A stretch of 60,485 nt of DNA from an uncultured Alistipes sp. (GCA_964403785.1 CAYOHM010000001.1:1-60485), one strand, 5' to 3'. Positions 28,337 through 38,335 are shown, counted from the stretch's first letter. The notes: generated from the letters alone by a model not told the origin. A program made the numbers and translations.

Positions 28337-28370
28337 GCAAAAAAGCAGCTACCCCTATGGGTAACTGCTC
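28337..28370 (-). terminator. Rho-independent terminator after hup
   Basis: Read on the minus strand: AGCAGTTACCC-ATAG-GGGTAGCTGCT followed by TTTTTTG. Confidence 0.85.
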
Positions 28371-28396
28371 TTACTGTAAATTAACAGCCGCCTAAA

Positions 28397-28693
28397 TTAC
28401 TTCTTCTTGCTCTTTTTTGCTGTGTTGACAGCATCCTTTAAAGCCTTACCAGCCTTAAACTTTGGAGCCTTGCATGCTGCAATCTTGATTTCCTTGCCAG
28501 TCTGTGGGTTCTTACCTGTTCTTGCTGCTCTCTGTGCTACTTCAAAAGTACCAAAGCCAACTAACTGAACCTTTCCACCCTTAGCTAATTCTTCTGTTAC
28601 TGCCTCAACAACAGCCTTAACTGCTGCTTCAGAATCCTTCTTAGAAAGCTCTGCCTTCTCAGCTACTGCTGCTACTAACTCTGTCTTATTCAT
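28397..28693 (-). CDS. hup: HU-family nucleoid protein with a short Lys-rich C-terminal tail
   Basis: [20 protein letters not shown]...[45 protein letters not shown], plus an extra TAKKSKKK. Confidence 0.95.
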   Translation of the reverse strand: MNKTELVAAVAEKAELSKKDSEAAVKAVVEAVTEELAKGGKVQLVGFGTFEVAQRAARTGKNPQTGKEIKIAACKAPKFKAGKALKDAVNTAKKSKKK

Positions 28694-28801
28694 TGATTTT
28701 CTCCTTTATAAATTAATTATTATCATCACATATTAATGATATAATGATAGCTTAATAAAAACGTAAAACCATTATGTCTTACAAACAAATATGCTGCAGG
28801 C

Positions 28802-29212
28802 CTATCTTGCCTTTGAAAGCTTTGCAGGCTTTGCCGCTTTCTTTGCAGGCTTTTCTGCAGGTTTCTCAGTCTTATTCGTACTGACATTCTTCTGCTTAGC
28901 AATTCTGCTAAGCACGGACGCTTTATCAATGCTTCCCTCAACCTGAATCTTTGCAGAATTATTTGCTTCGATTATATCAAGCTTTCCTGCTGCTATGTCA
29001 GCAATCTCCTGTGCCGTGGCAATAATAACTGCATCCCTGTCATAATATTCATACGGCTGCACATCAACCTTACCATCAGCAATCTCAAGATAAAAAGCAC
29101 CTTCACCCTCACCATATACATTAAACTGAACCGCTACATGCTCATTAACAGTGCTGACATCTGCTGACAGATATGCCTTCTTCACACTACTAACTAATTC
29201 ACTATAAGTCAT
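28802..29212 (-). CDS. SCP2 (sterol-carrier-like) domain protein with a Lys/Ala/Pro-rich basic tail
   Basis: SCP2 pattern VQFNVYGEGEGAFYLEIADGKVDV...AAGKLDIIEANNSAKIQVEGSIDKASVL, then the tail KTEKPAEKPAKKAAKPAKLSKAR. Confidence 0.75.
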   Translation of the reverse strand: MTYSELVSSVKKAYLSADVSTVNEHVAVQFNVYGEGEGAFYLEIADGKVDVQPYEYYDRDAVIIATAQEIADIAAGKLDIIEANNSAKIQVEGSIDKASVLSRIAKQKNVSTNKTEKPAEKPAKKAAKPAKLSKAR

Positions 29213-29365
29213 CTCTTATTCCTTCCCCGAAATATAATAAAAATCCCGAAAGCGCCTAAAACAACGCTTTGTTTGAATTTATCACAATATAGTTCATTTG
29301 TAAAGCGTTTTAATAAAATTTTCAGATTTTACCGCATTTTTCTGCATTTTTTTACATATTTGTGT

Positions 29366-29410
29366 AAAAAAATAAGAGATTATCATTTTACTGACAATCT
29401 CTTATTTTTT
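29366..29410. terminator. Terminator after the sugar ABC operon, symmetric enough to be bidirectional
   Basis: 11-bp stem AATAAGAGATT (29371-29381) pairing with AATCTCTTATT (29396-29406). An A-run lies to the left and a T-run to the right. Confidence 0.7.
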
Positions 29411-29436
29411 ATTATGCTTATTGACATTCTGCAAAA

Positions 29437-30285
29437 TTACTCTTTAACGGCACCTACGTTAACGCCCTGTACAAAATAATCCTGACAGATTGGATAAATA
29501 ATCATAAATGGAATGATTGCAACAATAACGGCAGCATTCTGAATTGTACTATCAGCAAGCTTACCATTTGTAGCAGGAACATCACTATCCATAACCAATG
29601 TACGCAGCTTCATCTGGAAGTTAAACAATGAGTTGTTTGTAATATAAAGCTTGAAGTTGGTGTAATCGTTCCAGAATGTAACTGAGAACATCAAACCAAT
29701 TGAAGCAAGTGCTGCCTTTGACAATGGAAGTACAATCTTAAAGAAAATTCCCATTGGTGAGCAGCCATCAATCTCAGCCGCCTCAAACAATGACGCCGGA
29801 ATGCCTTCAAAGAAGTTCCTCATCAATACCAGGTTGTATACGTTAATTGACAATGGAAGAATTACAGCCCAAAGCGTATTCAAAATATGAATCTTATTGA
29901 TAACCAAATATGTAGGAATCATACCACCACTGAAAATCATTGTAAACAAAAGCATATATGCAAAGAAGTTTCTGCCCGGCATCTCCCACTGAATCAAAAC
30001 ATATGCACCCAGTGTAGACAGGAGTAAGCCTAAAAACGTACCCGCAATCGTTACAACAATCGAAATCAGGAACGGCTTATACAATGAAGCTCTTGTTGCA
30101 ATCATTACATATCCACCGAACGTGAAATCATGCGGCCATAATCTCATACCATATGAACTAGACGCATCTAATGAGTCAACTATAACCTTCCAAATCGGAA
30201 TCAGGATAATCAATGAAATCAAAATAAATACAATTCCATTCACAATAGGGAAAGCTTTAATCTTTTTCTTTTTCTTATTATTCAT
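29437..30285 (-). CDS. Carbohydrate ABC transporter permease (LplC/MalG-like)
   Basis: 282 aa with 6 TM helices. The EAA loop reads EAAEIDGCSPMGIFFKIVLPLSK. Confidence 0.9.
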   Translation of the reverse strand: MNNKKKKKIKAFPIVNGIVFILISLIILIPIWKVIVDSLDASSSYGMRLWPHDFTFGGYVMIATRASLYKPFLISIVVTIAGTFLGLLLSTLGAYVLIQWEMPGRNFFAYMLLFTMIFSGGMIPTYLVINKIHILNTLWAVILPLSINVYNLVLMRNFFEGIPASLFEAAEIDGCSPMGIFFKIVLPLSKAALASIGLMFSVTFWNDYTNFKLYITNNSLFNFQMKLRTLVMDSDVPATNGKLADSTIQNAAVIVAIIPFMIIYPICQDYFVQGVNVGAVKE

Positions 30286-30300
30286 CTGCTTGCCCTCCTA

Positions 30301-31761
30301 CTATACAATACCACGGCCACGGACCTTCTTAGATGCCCAGTCACAGCCAAGTACGAGAATACATCCTACAAATGATTTAAACAAACCAACTGCAGTTGTA
30401 TAACCGAAATCATTAGCACCACCGCTACCAAATGACATATCGTAAATATATGTCTGTATTACATCTGCAACATCGTTTACAAGGTCATTCTTCAAAACGA
30501 ATACAGATTCAAAAAGGTTCATAACCTTTGCAAGATTCAAAATAAATACAGTGATGATTGTATTAGCTAAAGCCGGCAATGTGATATAACACATTCTGTT
30601 CCATCTGTTAGCGCCATCAATCTGCGCTGCTTCATAAAGTTCAGGGCTGATACCCGAAAGTGTTGCCAGGAAGAGAATTGTGCCCCAACCTGTATCCTTC
30701 CAGACATTGATTACATAGTAAACGCCACGCCAGGTGTTTACATTGCCCAACCAGTAAACCGGTTCATCAATAATTCCGAGTGTGACAAGAACCTGATTTA
30801 CCAGACCTACGTTACCTGTATGTGATAACAACATACGGAAAATAGCTGCAACTACTACCCACGACATAAAGTGAGGTAAGTAGATAATTGTCTGAACTGT
30901 CTTTTTAAACCAGATGTTCTGAATTTCGTGTAAGAGCAGTGAAATAATTACTGCCATACCTGTATTTAAAATCAACTTGAGGATACTGAGTTCAAGTGTA
31001 TTTCTAAATGCATGCCAGAACTTCGGTTCTTTGAACATACTATAAAACTGATATAAACCTACATATGTAGGATCCTTAACTTTGTAAATAGTAAAAGCAT
31101 AACGGATACCAAGCATTGGCCAGTAGTTAAATATCAATATAAAAATCAAAACCGGTAAGAACATAACATAGAACCAGCCATGTATCTTTATTCTGGCCCA
31201 TACTGTTCTGTCATTAGTAAAGTACCTTGTATCATACTCCACTCTTTTTCTAAACTTAAGTATGTCGAAAAAGCATCCGGCTACCGCTATAATCAAACCG
31301 ATAATAGTAACCCAAACGCCGCAAACAATGCCATACTTTGGATCTGATAAAAAACTGCTTAAATCATTAAGTACTACTGCAAATATAACAGCTGCAACTG
31401 CAGTAGATATAATAGAGAAAATCTCTTTCTTCAGTACAACGAGTATACAGGTCACTACCAGCGCTGCAATAAACGCATACCATAGATACTCGTGATAATC
31501 ATACTGATATACAGTCTTAGCTTTGTGCATAAAGCTCATAAAGCTGTATGCATCTTTAATATTATCCAGTAATTTGAGCTTTCCCTCTGGCTTTTCAATA
31601 TTCTGGATATAAGGAAGTAAACTACCAATGAAAGCTATAACAGCACCAGCGATTGCTAAAACACGCACATTTTTAGGTGGCTGGTATACTCTTGTTCCAC
31701 ACTGCGGACACTTTTTTGCCTTCTTAGGTAATTCAGTGCCACATGCCTTACATTCCGCCAT
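30301..31761 (-). CDS. Carbohydrate ABC transporter permease (LplB/MalF-like) with an N-terminal zinc-ribbon plus about 4 TM helices
   Basis: The C-terminal ~300 aa are a standard permease (EAAQIDGANRWNRMCYITLPAL). The N-terminal ~190 aa start with CKACG...CPQCG followed by four hydrophobic helices. Confidence 0.85.
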   Translation of the reverse strand: MAECKACGTELPKKAKKCPQCGTRVYQPPKNVRVLAIAGAVIAFIGSLLPYIQNIEKPEGKLKLLDNIKDAYSFMSFMHKAKTVYQYDYHEYLWYAFIAALVVTCILVVLKKEIFSIISTAVAAVIFAVVLNDLSSFLSDPKYGIVCGVWVTIIGLIIAVAGCFFDILKFRKRVEYDTRYFTNDRTVWARIKIHGWFYVMFLPVLIFILIFNYWPMLGIRYAFTIYKVKDPTYVGLYQFYSMFKEPKFWHAFRNTLELSILKLILNTGMAVIISLLLHEIQNIWFKKTVQTIIYLPHFMSWVVVAAIFRMLLSHTGNVGLVNQVLVTLGIIDEPVYWLGNVNTWRGVYYVINVWKDTGWGTILFLATLSGISPELYEAAQIDGANRWNRMCYITLPALANTIITVFILNLAKVMNLFESVFVLKNDLVNDVADVIQTYIYDMSFGSGGANDFGYTTAVGLFKSFVGCILVLGCDWASKKVRGRGIV

Positions 31762-31824
31762 TTTATTACCCTCTTTCTGTTTAAGTGTGTAGTATTGATA
31801 TTACGAGTCTCCCCGTAAAAACTT

Positions 31825-31858
31825 GGAGTATCTTCGGGATTGCTCCCAAAGATACTCC
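31825..31858 (-). promoter_or_regulatory. Intercistronic stem-loop between the binding-protein and permease genes
   Basis: Perfect 10-bp stem GGAGTATCTT (31825-31834) pairing with AAGATACTCC (31849-31858). Only a weak U-tract follows on the minus strand. It could be a partial terminator or an mRNA-stability element that raises binding-protein stoichiometry. Confidence 0.55.
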
Positions 31859-31907
31859 GCAATTATTCATTTGTGCAATTATGAGGAGCTCTAAACACCC
31901 TTATAAA

Positions 31908-33452
31908 TTAGTTGTTAAGAGAATCCAAAATAGCTTCGATTTCTTCGCCGCACTCTGAAGCGTATGTTGCCATAGCGTCATCAACTGTGATATCGCCCTT
32001 TACAACCTTAGCTACAAGCTCTGATCTAGAATTCCAGATCTTAGCAGAGTAATCTGTGAAAGCTTCTGTCTTCTTAATAGCAGGAGCCTGCTTAGATGTT
32101 CTGTTGAAGATTTCCATAGCTTCGATAGCTTCAGCCTTTGCTGAAGAAAGACCTACGTCAACACCATTGTTGTAGTCTGAAGCATACTCGCCTAACTTAA
32201 GCATTGGGTCGATATGGTTCTTTGTACCAGCCTTGTCTGTTGACTTACGGTTAAGCTGTGTAAATGTTGTTCCATCATATGTGTAGTGTGTTCCTTCTGA
32301 ACCATACTCCCAAAGCATCTGGCATTCGCCACCATCAAGCATCTTCTGTAAGAAGTACTCGAATACGCCTTCTGGGTTCTCACATGATGTTGTGATACAC
32401 CATAACGGTGTAAATCTGTTAAGGTAAGCACCTACTTCTGCAATTGGCTCCAATACAGCAAGAGTTTCTGTCTCAGCAGCTGCATAGTTGTTAGCCTTCT
32501 GGATGTTAGTAATAAGGTTACCTCTCCAAGTACCAGCCCAGTATGTGAATACGCCAAACTGATCTTCTTCATATAATGTACGGCATTCCTTTGTTGTTAA
32601 TGTGAAGATATCACCAGCAAGGAGGCCATCCTTGTATGCATCAGCTAATCTCTGAAGGGCATCCTTCATAGCATCCTCTGAGAAACCATCAACCCAAACG
32701 CCATCCTTTTCATAGAATTCTGGGTATGCATCCTGATAGAATTCTGGAAGGTAGTTGATGTATGGAGCTTCAGTACCGATAACGCCTGCCGCTGCAACTG
32801 GAGCCTTGCCTGTTGCTTCCTTCATCTTAACGAGCATATCATAGTACTCAGCATATGTTGTAGGTAATGTAGTGATACCTGCTGCATCTAACCAAGACTG
32901 CTTGATATATGTAAGACATCCGTTACCCTGCTGAGGAATGAATCCGTAAAGACCAAGCTCGCCGTCTTCGCCTGTAACCTTATTAGCTTCAAATAAAGCT
33001 TCAGCGCTGTCTACTAAACGGCCTGAGTTCTTAACTTCTGAATTATCCCAAGCTTCTGTCATATCCCAAAGGTAACCAAGTGAAGCATATGTTGCATATG
33101 AATCATATGGAAGTAATACTACATCCGGTAAGTTAGTACCTGTTGTGAATACGTTGCTAACCTGATCTGCGTATCCTGAGTGATCCGGACGAATCCACTC
33201 TAATGTGATACCTGTTGCTGCTGATAAGTCGTCGTAGAATGCCTGAGCATCGTCATCCTCTGTAATAACAGTACCATCACACATGATAGTAATCTTAGAT
33301 GGCTTTTCTACAACCTTTGCTGTTGTTGTCTCTTCAACTGCTGCTGTTGTCTGATCATTTGCTGTTGTCTGTGTATCTGTTGTTTCAGAACCACAAGCTG
33401 TTAAACCAAACACCATAGAAGTTGCTAAGAGAGCTGAAATAAGTTTTTTCAT
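31908..33452 (-). CDS. Extracellular solute-binding lipoprotein (large LplA-type, CUT1 family)
   Basis: Lipobox GLTACGS and a T-rich linker, 514 aa. It is the first gene of the three-gene ABC operon, which has no ATPase gene. Confidence 0.85.
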   Translation of the reverse strand: MKKLISALLATSMVFGLTACGSETTDTQTTANDQTTAAVEETTTAKVVEKPSKITIMCDGTVITEDDDAQAFYDDLSAATGITLEWIRPDHSGYADQVSNVFTTGTNLPDVVLLPYDSYATYASLGYLWDMTEAWDNSEVKNSGRLVDSAEALFEANKVTGEDGELGLYGFIPQQGNGCLTYIKQSWLDAAGITTLPTTYAEYYDMLVKMKEATGKAPVAAAGVIGTEAPYINYLPEFYQDAYPEFYEKDGVWVDGFSEDAMKDALQRLADAYKDGLLAGDIFTLTTKECRTLYEEDQFGVFTYWAGTWRGNLITNIQKANNYAAAETETLAVLEPIAEVGAYLNRFTPLWCITTSCENPEGVFEYFLQKMLDGGECQMLWEYGSEGTHYTYDGTTFTQLNRKSTDKAGTKNHIDPMLKLGEYASDYNNGVDVGLSSAKAEAIEAMEIFNRTSKQAPAIKKTEAFTDYSAKIWNSRSELVAKVVKGDITVDDAMATYASECGEEIEAILDSLNN

Positions 33453-33528
33453 TGAAAATAAACCCTCCTTTTTGGTTTTCCGCGGGTTTTAACCCACGCG
33501 TCAAGAATATTATTTTATTGACAATGCT

Positions 33529-33557
33529 ATAATAACATTTTTGTGTGATTTTAACAA
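33529..33557 (-). promoter_or_regulatory. Candidate promoter of the sugar ABC operon
   Basis: Read on the minus strand: TTGTTA (33552-33557), a 17-nt spacer, then TATTAT (33529-33534) preceded by TGT. Confidence 0.35.
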
Positions 33558-33933
33558 GACCATTTTTTTATATTTATTAATATATTTTGAACTTTTTTTG
33601 AACTGTGTCCGCAAGTCCGCGTAAATACGGCATTTTACGATTTGTGAATTTTTTATTTCCCCTTTTTTTCTTATAATTTTTCTTCTTATAATTTTATGAT
33701 TTTTCTGATAATTAATAGTGATTTTTACTAATTTTTTCTTGTTTATTCGAAATTTATTTAGGACTTATTCCCTACGGTCCGCGCAAATTCACCGCAAAAA
33801 CCACTTAATTGTACATTTTTCCCATTATCGCAAATATTCTATTGTATTTCTATGGACTTACCTGTATTCTTTATAGTATACTCTATGTATATTATATAAT
33901 TTTGTAGATTATCGGGTTTTTAAGGAGTCATAT

Positions 33934-34836
33934 ATGGATTTTTTAAGATTATTAAGTTTTTACAGGCTGGATTTTTTGGATGTTTTCTTCAGATATGTTT
34001 CATATATTGGTGAGGTCACTGTATTTCTTCCTATTATATGTATTATTTATTGGTGTTTTAATAAAAAACTTGCCTACAAGGCTTTATTTTCTTTTTTTGT
34101 TTCCGGTTATATCGCCCAGGGAGCCAAAATCATATTCCGTATTCCTCGTCCGTGGGTAATTGACCCTGAATTTACACCTGTCAGCTCTGCTCTTGATACT
34201 GCAACAGGATATTCATTTCCAAGCGGACACACCCAAAGCTGTGCATCAATTTTTATCACATTTGCAACCAATATTAAAAATAAAGTTTTTTCTATGATTA
34301 TGTACGGCTTAGTATTACTGATGATGTTTTCAAGGATGTATCTGGGTGTGCATACACCTCTTGATGTCTGCTGTGCGCTGGCAATTGCCGTCATTACGGT
34401 GATTTTTATAAATGTCATTTCCAAAAACTACGTGCTGCCGGGCAGTACCAAGCTCGCCCTGCTCATCGTGTCACTTCTCTTATCCGTGGGGATGTGTCTT
34501 TATGCACTTCTCCTCGTATACTGGAATGTTTCTACGATTGAGCTTGTTGAAGACTCGGTTATTTTCGCATTTAGTATGGCAGGCTTTTCTATCGGTGCAT
34601 ATATAGAGGACAAATACATTAACTTCGGCACAAAATGCCTGAGTATTTTCCGACAGATAATAAAAATCTTCATCGGTCTGCTCGGAACAGCCGTTATTTA
34701 TTATCTGTTCAGCATGCTTAATATACCGCATATACTGAGAAGCTCGCTGAGAAACTTTGTGATATGTATTTGGGCTACCTGCATTTTCCCTATATTCATA
34801 AAGTTCATTCAGAAGAAGAATTACAGTGAATTATAG
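33934..34836 (+). CDS. PAP2-family membrane phosphatase
   Basis: Motifs KIIFRIPRP, SFPSGHT and SRMYLGVHTPLDV. The protein is polytopic. AAGGAG lies upstream of the ATG. Confidence 0.88.
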   Translation: MDFLRLLSFYRLDFLDVFFRYVSYIGEVTVFLPIICIIYWCFNKKLAYKALFSFFVSGYIAQGAKIIFRIPRPWVIDPEFTPVSSALDTATGYSFPSGHTQSCASIFITFATNIKNKVFSMIMYGLVLLMMFSRMYLGVHTPLDVCCALAIAVITVIFINVISKNYVLPGSTKLALLIVSLLLSVGMCLYALLLVYWNVSTIELVEDSVIFAFSMAGFSIGAYIEDKYINFGTKCLSIFRQIIKIFIGLLGTAVIYYLFSMLNIPHILRSSLRNFVICIWATCIFPIFIKFIQKKNYSEL

Positions 34837-35475
34837 TATCACAGCTTTTCCCTTGACAATAATAAATTTAACGTTTCCGGCATCTGAAATATCAGCCTGT
34901 CCGTTGGTTATTTCGGTTATCTTTTTAATAACAGCCTGCCTGTTGGTTATTTCGGTAAGCAGTACAGTTTCTACCTTGTCGGTATATTCACTTTCGCGGA
35001 TGAATATGCCTTCTTCAGGTTTTGAGCCCAATCTCTGTATTTTACCGGCTCCCGTGTAATCCGAGATTACCTTTAGCATAATCCCGTCTTTTTCTTCAGC
35101 AATCAGCGCATTTTCTATTGCCTCCTTTACCGACTGCTGGTAAGCTCTCACAAGACCTCCCGTTCCGAGCAGTGTACCGCCGAAGTATCTGGTGACAATA
35201 ACAAGCACATTTGTTATATTTTCATTTAACAGGACCTCCAGCATTGGCTTTCCTGCCGTTCCCTGTGGTTCGCCATCATCACTATATCTGCATATCTGTG
35301 CATTACTTCCTATTATATAGGCATAGCAATTATGTCTTGCATCCCAATATTTCTTTTTTGTCCTTTCTATTATCTCGTTTGCCTTCTCCTCGCTTTCCAC
35401 CGGAACAAGGAGTGATATAAAACGTGACTTTTTCTCAATCACTTCGCCATTGCCTTCTTCAAATACAATCCGCAT
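34831..35475 (-). CDS. yigZ: YigZ/IMPACT-family protein (UPF0029)
   Basis: IEKKSRFISLLVPVESEEKA..., ARHNCYAYI, DDGEPQGTAGKPML and VIVTRYFGGTLLGTGGLVRAY. Confidence 0.9.
   Translation of the reverse strand: MRIVFEEGNGEVIEKKSRFISLLVPVESEEKANEIIERTKKKYWDARHNCYAYIIGSNAQICRYSDDGEPQGTAGKPMLEVLLNENITNVLVIVTRYFGGTLLGTGGLVRAYQQSVKEAIENALIAEEKDGIMLKVISDYTGAGKIQRLGSKPEEGIFIRESEYTDKVETVLLTEITNRQAVIKKITEITNGQADISDAGNVKFIIVKGKAVIL
34893..34958 (-). repeat. In-frame 39-bp tandem duplication near the yigZ 3' end
   Basis: CAGCCTGTCCGTTGGTTATTTCGGTTA (34893-34919) and CAGCCTGCCTGTTGGTTATTTCGGTAA (34932-34958) match at 24 of 27 positions. They encode TEITNRQA and TEITNGQA. Confidence 0.85.
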
Positions 35476-35638
35476 ATTTCATCCTCTTTTAAGCTTAATT
35501 TCACACATCTATTTTAGATTATTTTTTTTGATATGTATAGCTTTTTTATATATGACTATAATCCATATGTAGCTTAATATATTTGATTATTCAATTCTTT
35601 TCTGTTATACTTACTTCATATTTATGAGGAGGCATAAA

Positions 35639-38335
35639 ATGAACTTTAAACAGGAGCATATTACTCACCGTAAGAAAGAGCTGACCTCTCTTTCCAGAAG
35701 ATTTTTCAGCTCTTTCAGAGGCATTATTGTTAAATTATGTATTTTTGCCGTTGTTTTTATCGCCGTGGTAGGATGTTCGATGGGATTCGGTATGGTTTCA
35801 GGCATTATAGCCAATACCCCCGACATTGAAACCATTGATGTTTCGCCCACTAAATTTGCCACCAAAATATACGATAACCAGGGCAATGAAATAGAAACAT
35901 TAATATCGGAGGGTTCCAACAGAGTTTATGTATCTTTGGACCAGATACCCGAAACTCTCCAGCATGCATTCATTGCCGTCGAGGATGAACGTTTTTATAC
36001 CCATAACGGCATTGACCTGAGAGGTATCGCAAGAGCTGCTTCGGTTGCAGTTAAAAATATGGGACTCAGTGAGGGTGCAAGTACAATCACGCAGCAGCTT
36101 ATCAAGAATACCGTATTTAACGCATACAACGAAAGCACTCTTGAAAAAATCGAAAGAAAAATTCAGGAGCAGTACCTTGCGGTACGTCTTGATTCCGAGA
36201 TGGGCAAGGATGCCATTTTGGAAAATTACCTCAATATCATCAATCTCGGGAACGGCAACCTCGGCGTGCAGGCAGCCGCCAATAACTACTTTAACAAGGA
36301 CGTTTCCGAATTGACGCTGTCAGAATGTGCGGTAATTGCCGGAATCACTAAAAACCCCGTCGGGTACAATCCGATAAATCATCCTGACGATAACAGGAAG
36401 CGTCAGCTGGAGGTCTTAAATCATATGCGTGAGCAAAATTATATTACTCAGGCAGAATATGATGAGGCCGTAAATGATGATGTTTATTCAAGGATTCAGG
36501 ATATACATGTTGAATCAACCGGAAATTCCGTTTACTCGTATTTTACGGATGCTTTGATTGACTCACTCATTGATGATTTAAAAACGCAGCTTGGATATAC
36601 CGAAAATCAGGCAACCAACCTTATTTACAGCGGAGGTCTTGCAATTTATTCAACCCAGGATACGCAAATGCAAAAGATTGCCGACGATATCCTGAATGAC
36701 CCGGATAACTACCCTGACAATACCTCAGTTTCAATTTCGCTGGATCTTACCGTAGTTGATTCTGCCGGAAAGAAGCGCTACCTGACGCATTACAGCCTAC
36801 TTAATTACTATCAGAAGGATTTGGGATATACGAATTATTCACTTCTTTTTTCCAACGAGGAGGAAGCTCGCGAGGCTGTTGATGCATATGAGGAATCACT
36901 CGAGGATTCCGGTTACACAGTTGAGTATGAAGCGCTTTATTATACTCTCCAGCCGCAGATTTCATTCTCGCTTATGGACCAGAAAACAGGTGAGGTCAAG
37001 GTCATTGTCGGTGGACGTGGAACTAAGGAGACAAGCCGTTCAATGAACAGAGCCACCAACACATACCGTTCTCCAGGTTCTACAATCAAGCCGCTTGTAG
37101 ATTACGGACCTGCACTTGATGCAGGCGGACTTACTCTGGCAACGGTATTTGATGACTGTCCGTATTATTATAAGTCCAGTGGTCAGATAGTAACCAACTG
37201 GAACAAAAAGTACAAGGGTCTTATGACAATGCGAACAGCCCTTAAACTTTCAGAAAACGTTCCTGCCGTAAAATGTTTAGCACAGATTACACCAAGCCTC
37301 GGCTTCTCATATTTGCAGCAGTTTGGTTTAAGTACTCTCGTATCACCTAATGAAGCCATAAATGGCGTACATGATGTTACGGAAGCTCTTGCAATCGGCG
37401 GTATGACACTTGGTGTTTATAACATTGATATGTGTGCTGCGTATGCAACCTACGCCAATGACGGAGTTTACACAAAGCCCGTATATTACACAAAGGTTTA
37501 CGACCACAGCGGTAACCTGCTTATAGACAATACAAATCTTGATACGCACAGGGTTGTAAAATCCACAACCGCATGGCTTATGACAAGCGCTATGCAGTCA
37601 GTTGTAAACGAAGGTACCGGTACCAAGGCAAAAATCAGCAATCAGCCGGTAGCCGGCAAAACCGGTACAAGTAACTCGGACGGTGATTTATGGTTTGTAG
37701 GTTATACCCCATATTACACGGCAGCGATTTGGACCGGTTATGATGATGACAGCTCACGCGCCGTAAAGGTTGAGCATACCGCACTCTGGTCGAAGATAAT
37801 GACCAAGATACACGAGGATTTGCCAACCAAATCCTTTGATGAGCAGCCAAGTGATATAGTAGAAGTTCAGGTTTGCTCACAGTCCGGAATGCTTCCTGCA
37901 GCCGGTCTTTGTGAAAATGACGAAAGAGGCAGCCAGATTATCACGGAATACTTTGCAAAAGGAACAGAACCGACAGAAACCTGTACTGCTCATGGTTACT
38001 ACCAGATATGCGGCGAAACAGGTAAGCTTTCAGTCGGCACCTGCCCTGCAACTACAAGACTTATGGTAAAAAGACCGGCAAACGGTTCCAAGGCAGCGGA
38101 TGACTATGTGGTCGACTCCAAGGTTGATTTAACCGTACCGGATGCAGCGTACACAATTCCATATGAATTGGCGGATGCAGTTTGTCCTGTACATGGCGCG
38201 TGGTATCTTGAGCAGTTGGGTATAAGCACCGGTGCATCCATAGACGATTTCTCATCATCTGAAAATTATGAAGACGATTCAGGTAATGAAGATAATTCAA
38301 ATAATGAAGATAATTCAGGTTCAAACGAGGAATAG
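35639..38335 (+). CDS. Class A penicillin-binding protein (PBP1A family; glycosyltransferase GT51 plus transpeptidase)
   Basis: GT51 motifs EDERFYTHNGID, GASTITQQL and RKIQE. Transpeptidase motifs SPGSTIKP, SEN and KTGTS. GAGGAGG lies 6 nt upstream of the ATG at 35639. The acidic C-terminal tail contains NEDNS repeats, from an 18-bp direct repeat at 38285-38317. Confidence 0.92.
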   Translation: MNFKQEHITHRKKELTSLSRRFFSSFRGIIVKLCIFAVVFIAVVGCSMGFGMVSGIIANTPDIETIDVSPTKFATKIYDNQGNEIETLISEGSNRVYVSLDQIPETLQHAFIAVEDERFYTHNGIDLRGIARAASVAVKNMGLSEGASTITQQLIKNTVFNAYNESTLEKIERKIQEQYLAVRLDSEMGKDAILENYLNIINLGNGNLGVQAAANNYFNKDVSELTLSECAVIAGITKNPVGYNPINHPDDNRKRQLEVLNHMREQNYITQAEYDEAVNDDVYSRIQDIHVESTGNSVYSYFTDALIDSLIDDLKTQLGYTENQATNLIYSGGLAIYSTQDTQMQKIADDILNDPDNYPDNTSVSISLDLTVVDSAGKKRYLTHYSLLNYYQKDLGYTNYSLLFSNEEEAREAVDAYEESLEDSGYTVEYEALYYTLQPQISFSLMDQKTGEVKVIVGGRGTKETSRSMNRATNTYRSPGSTIKPLVDYGPALDAGGLTLATVFDDCPYYYKSSGQIVTNWNKKYKGLMTMRTALKLSENVPAVKCLAQITPSLGFSYLQQFGLSTLVSPNEAINGVHDVTEALAIGGMTLGVYNIDMCAAYATYANDGVYTKPVYYTKVYDHSGNLLIDNTNLDTHRVVKSTTAWLMTSAMQSVVNEGTGTKAKISNQPVAGKTGTSNSDGDLWFVGYTPYYTAAIWTGYDDDSSRAVKVEHTALWSKIMTKIHEDLPTKSFDEQPSDIVEVQVCSQSGMLPAAGLCENDERGSQIITEYFAKGTEPTETCTAHGYYQICGETGKLSVGTCPATTRLMVKRPANGSKAADDYVVDSKVDLTVPDAAYTIPYELADAVCPVHGAWYLEQLGISTGASIDDFSSSENYEDDSGNEDNSNNEDNSGSNEE

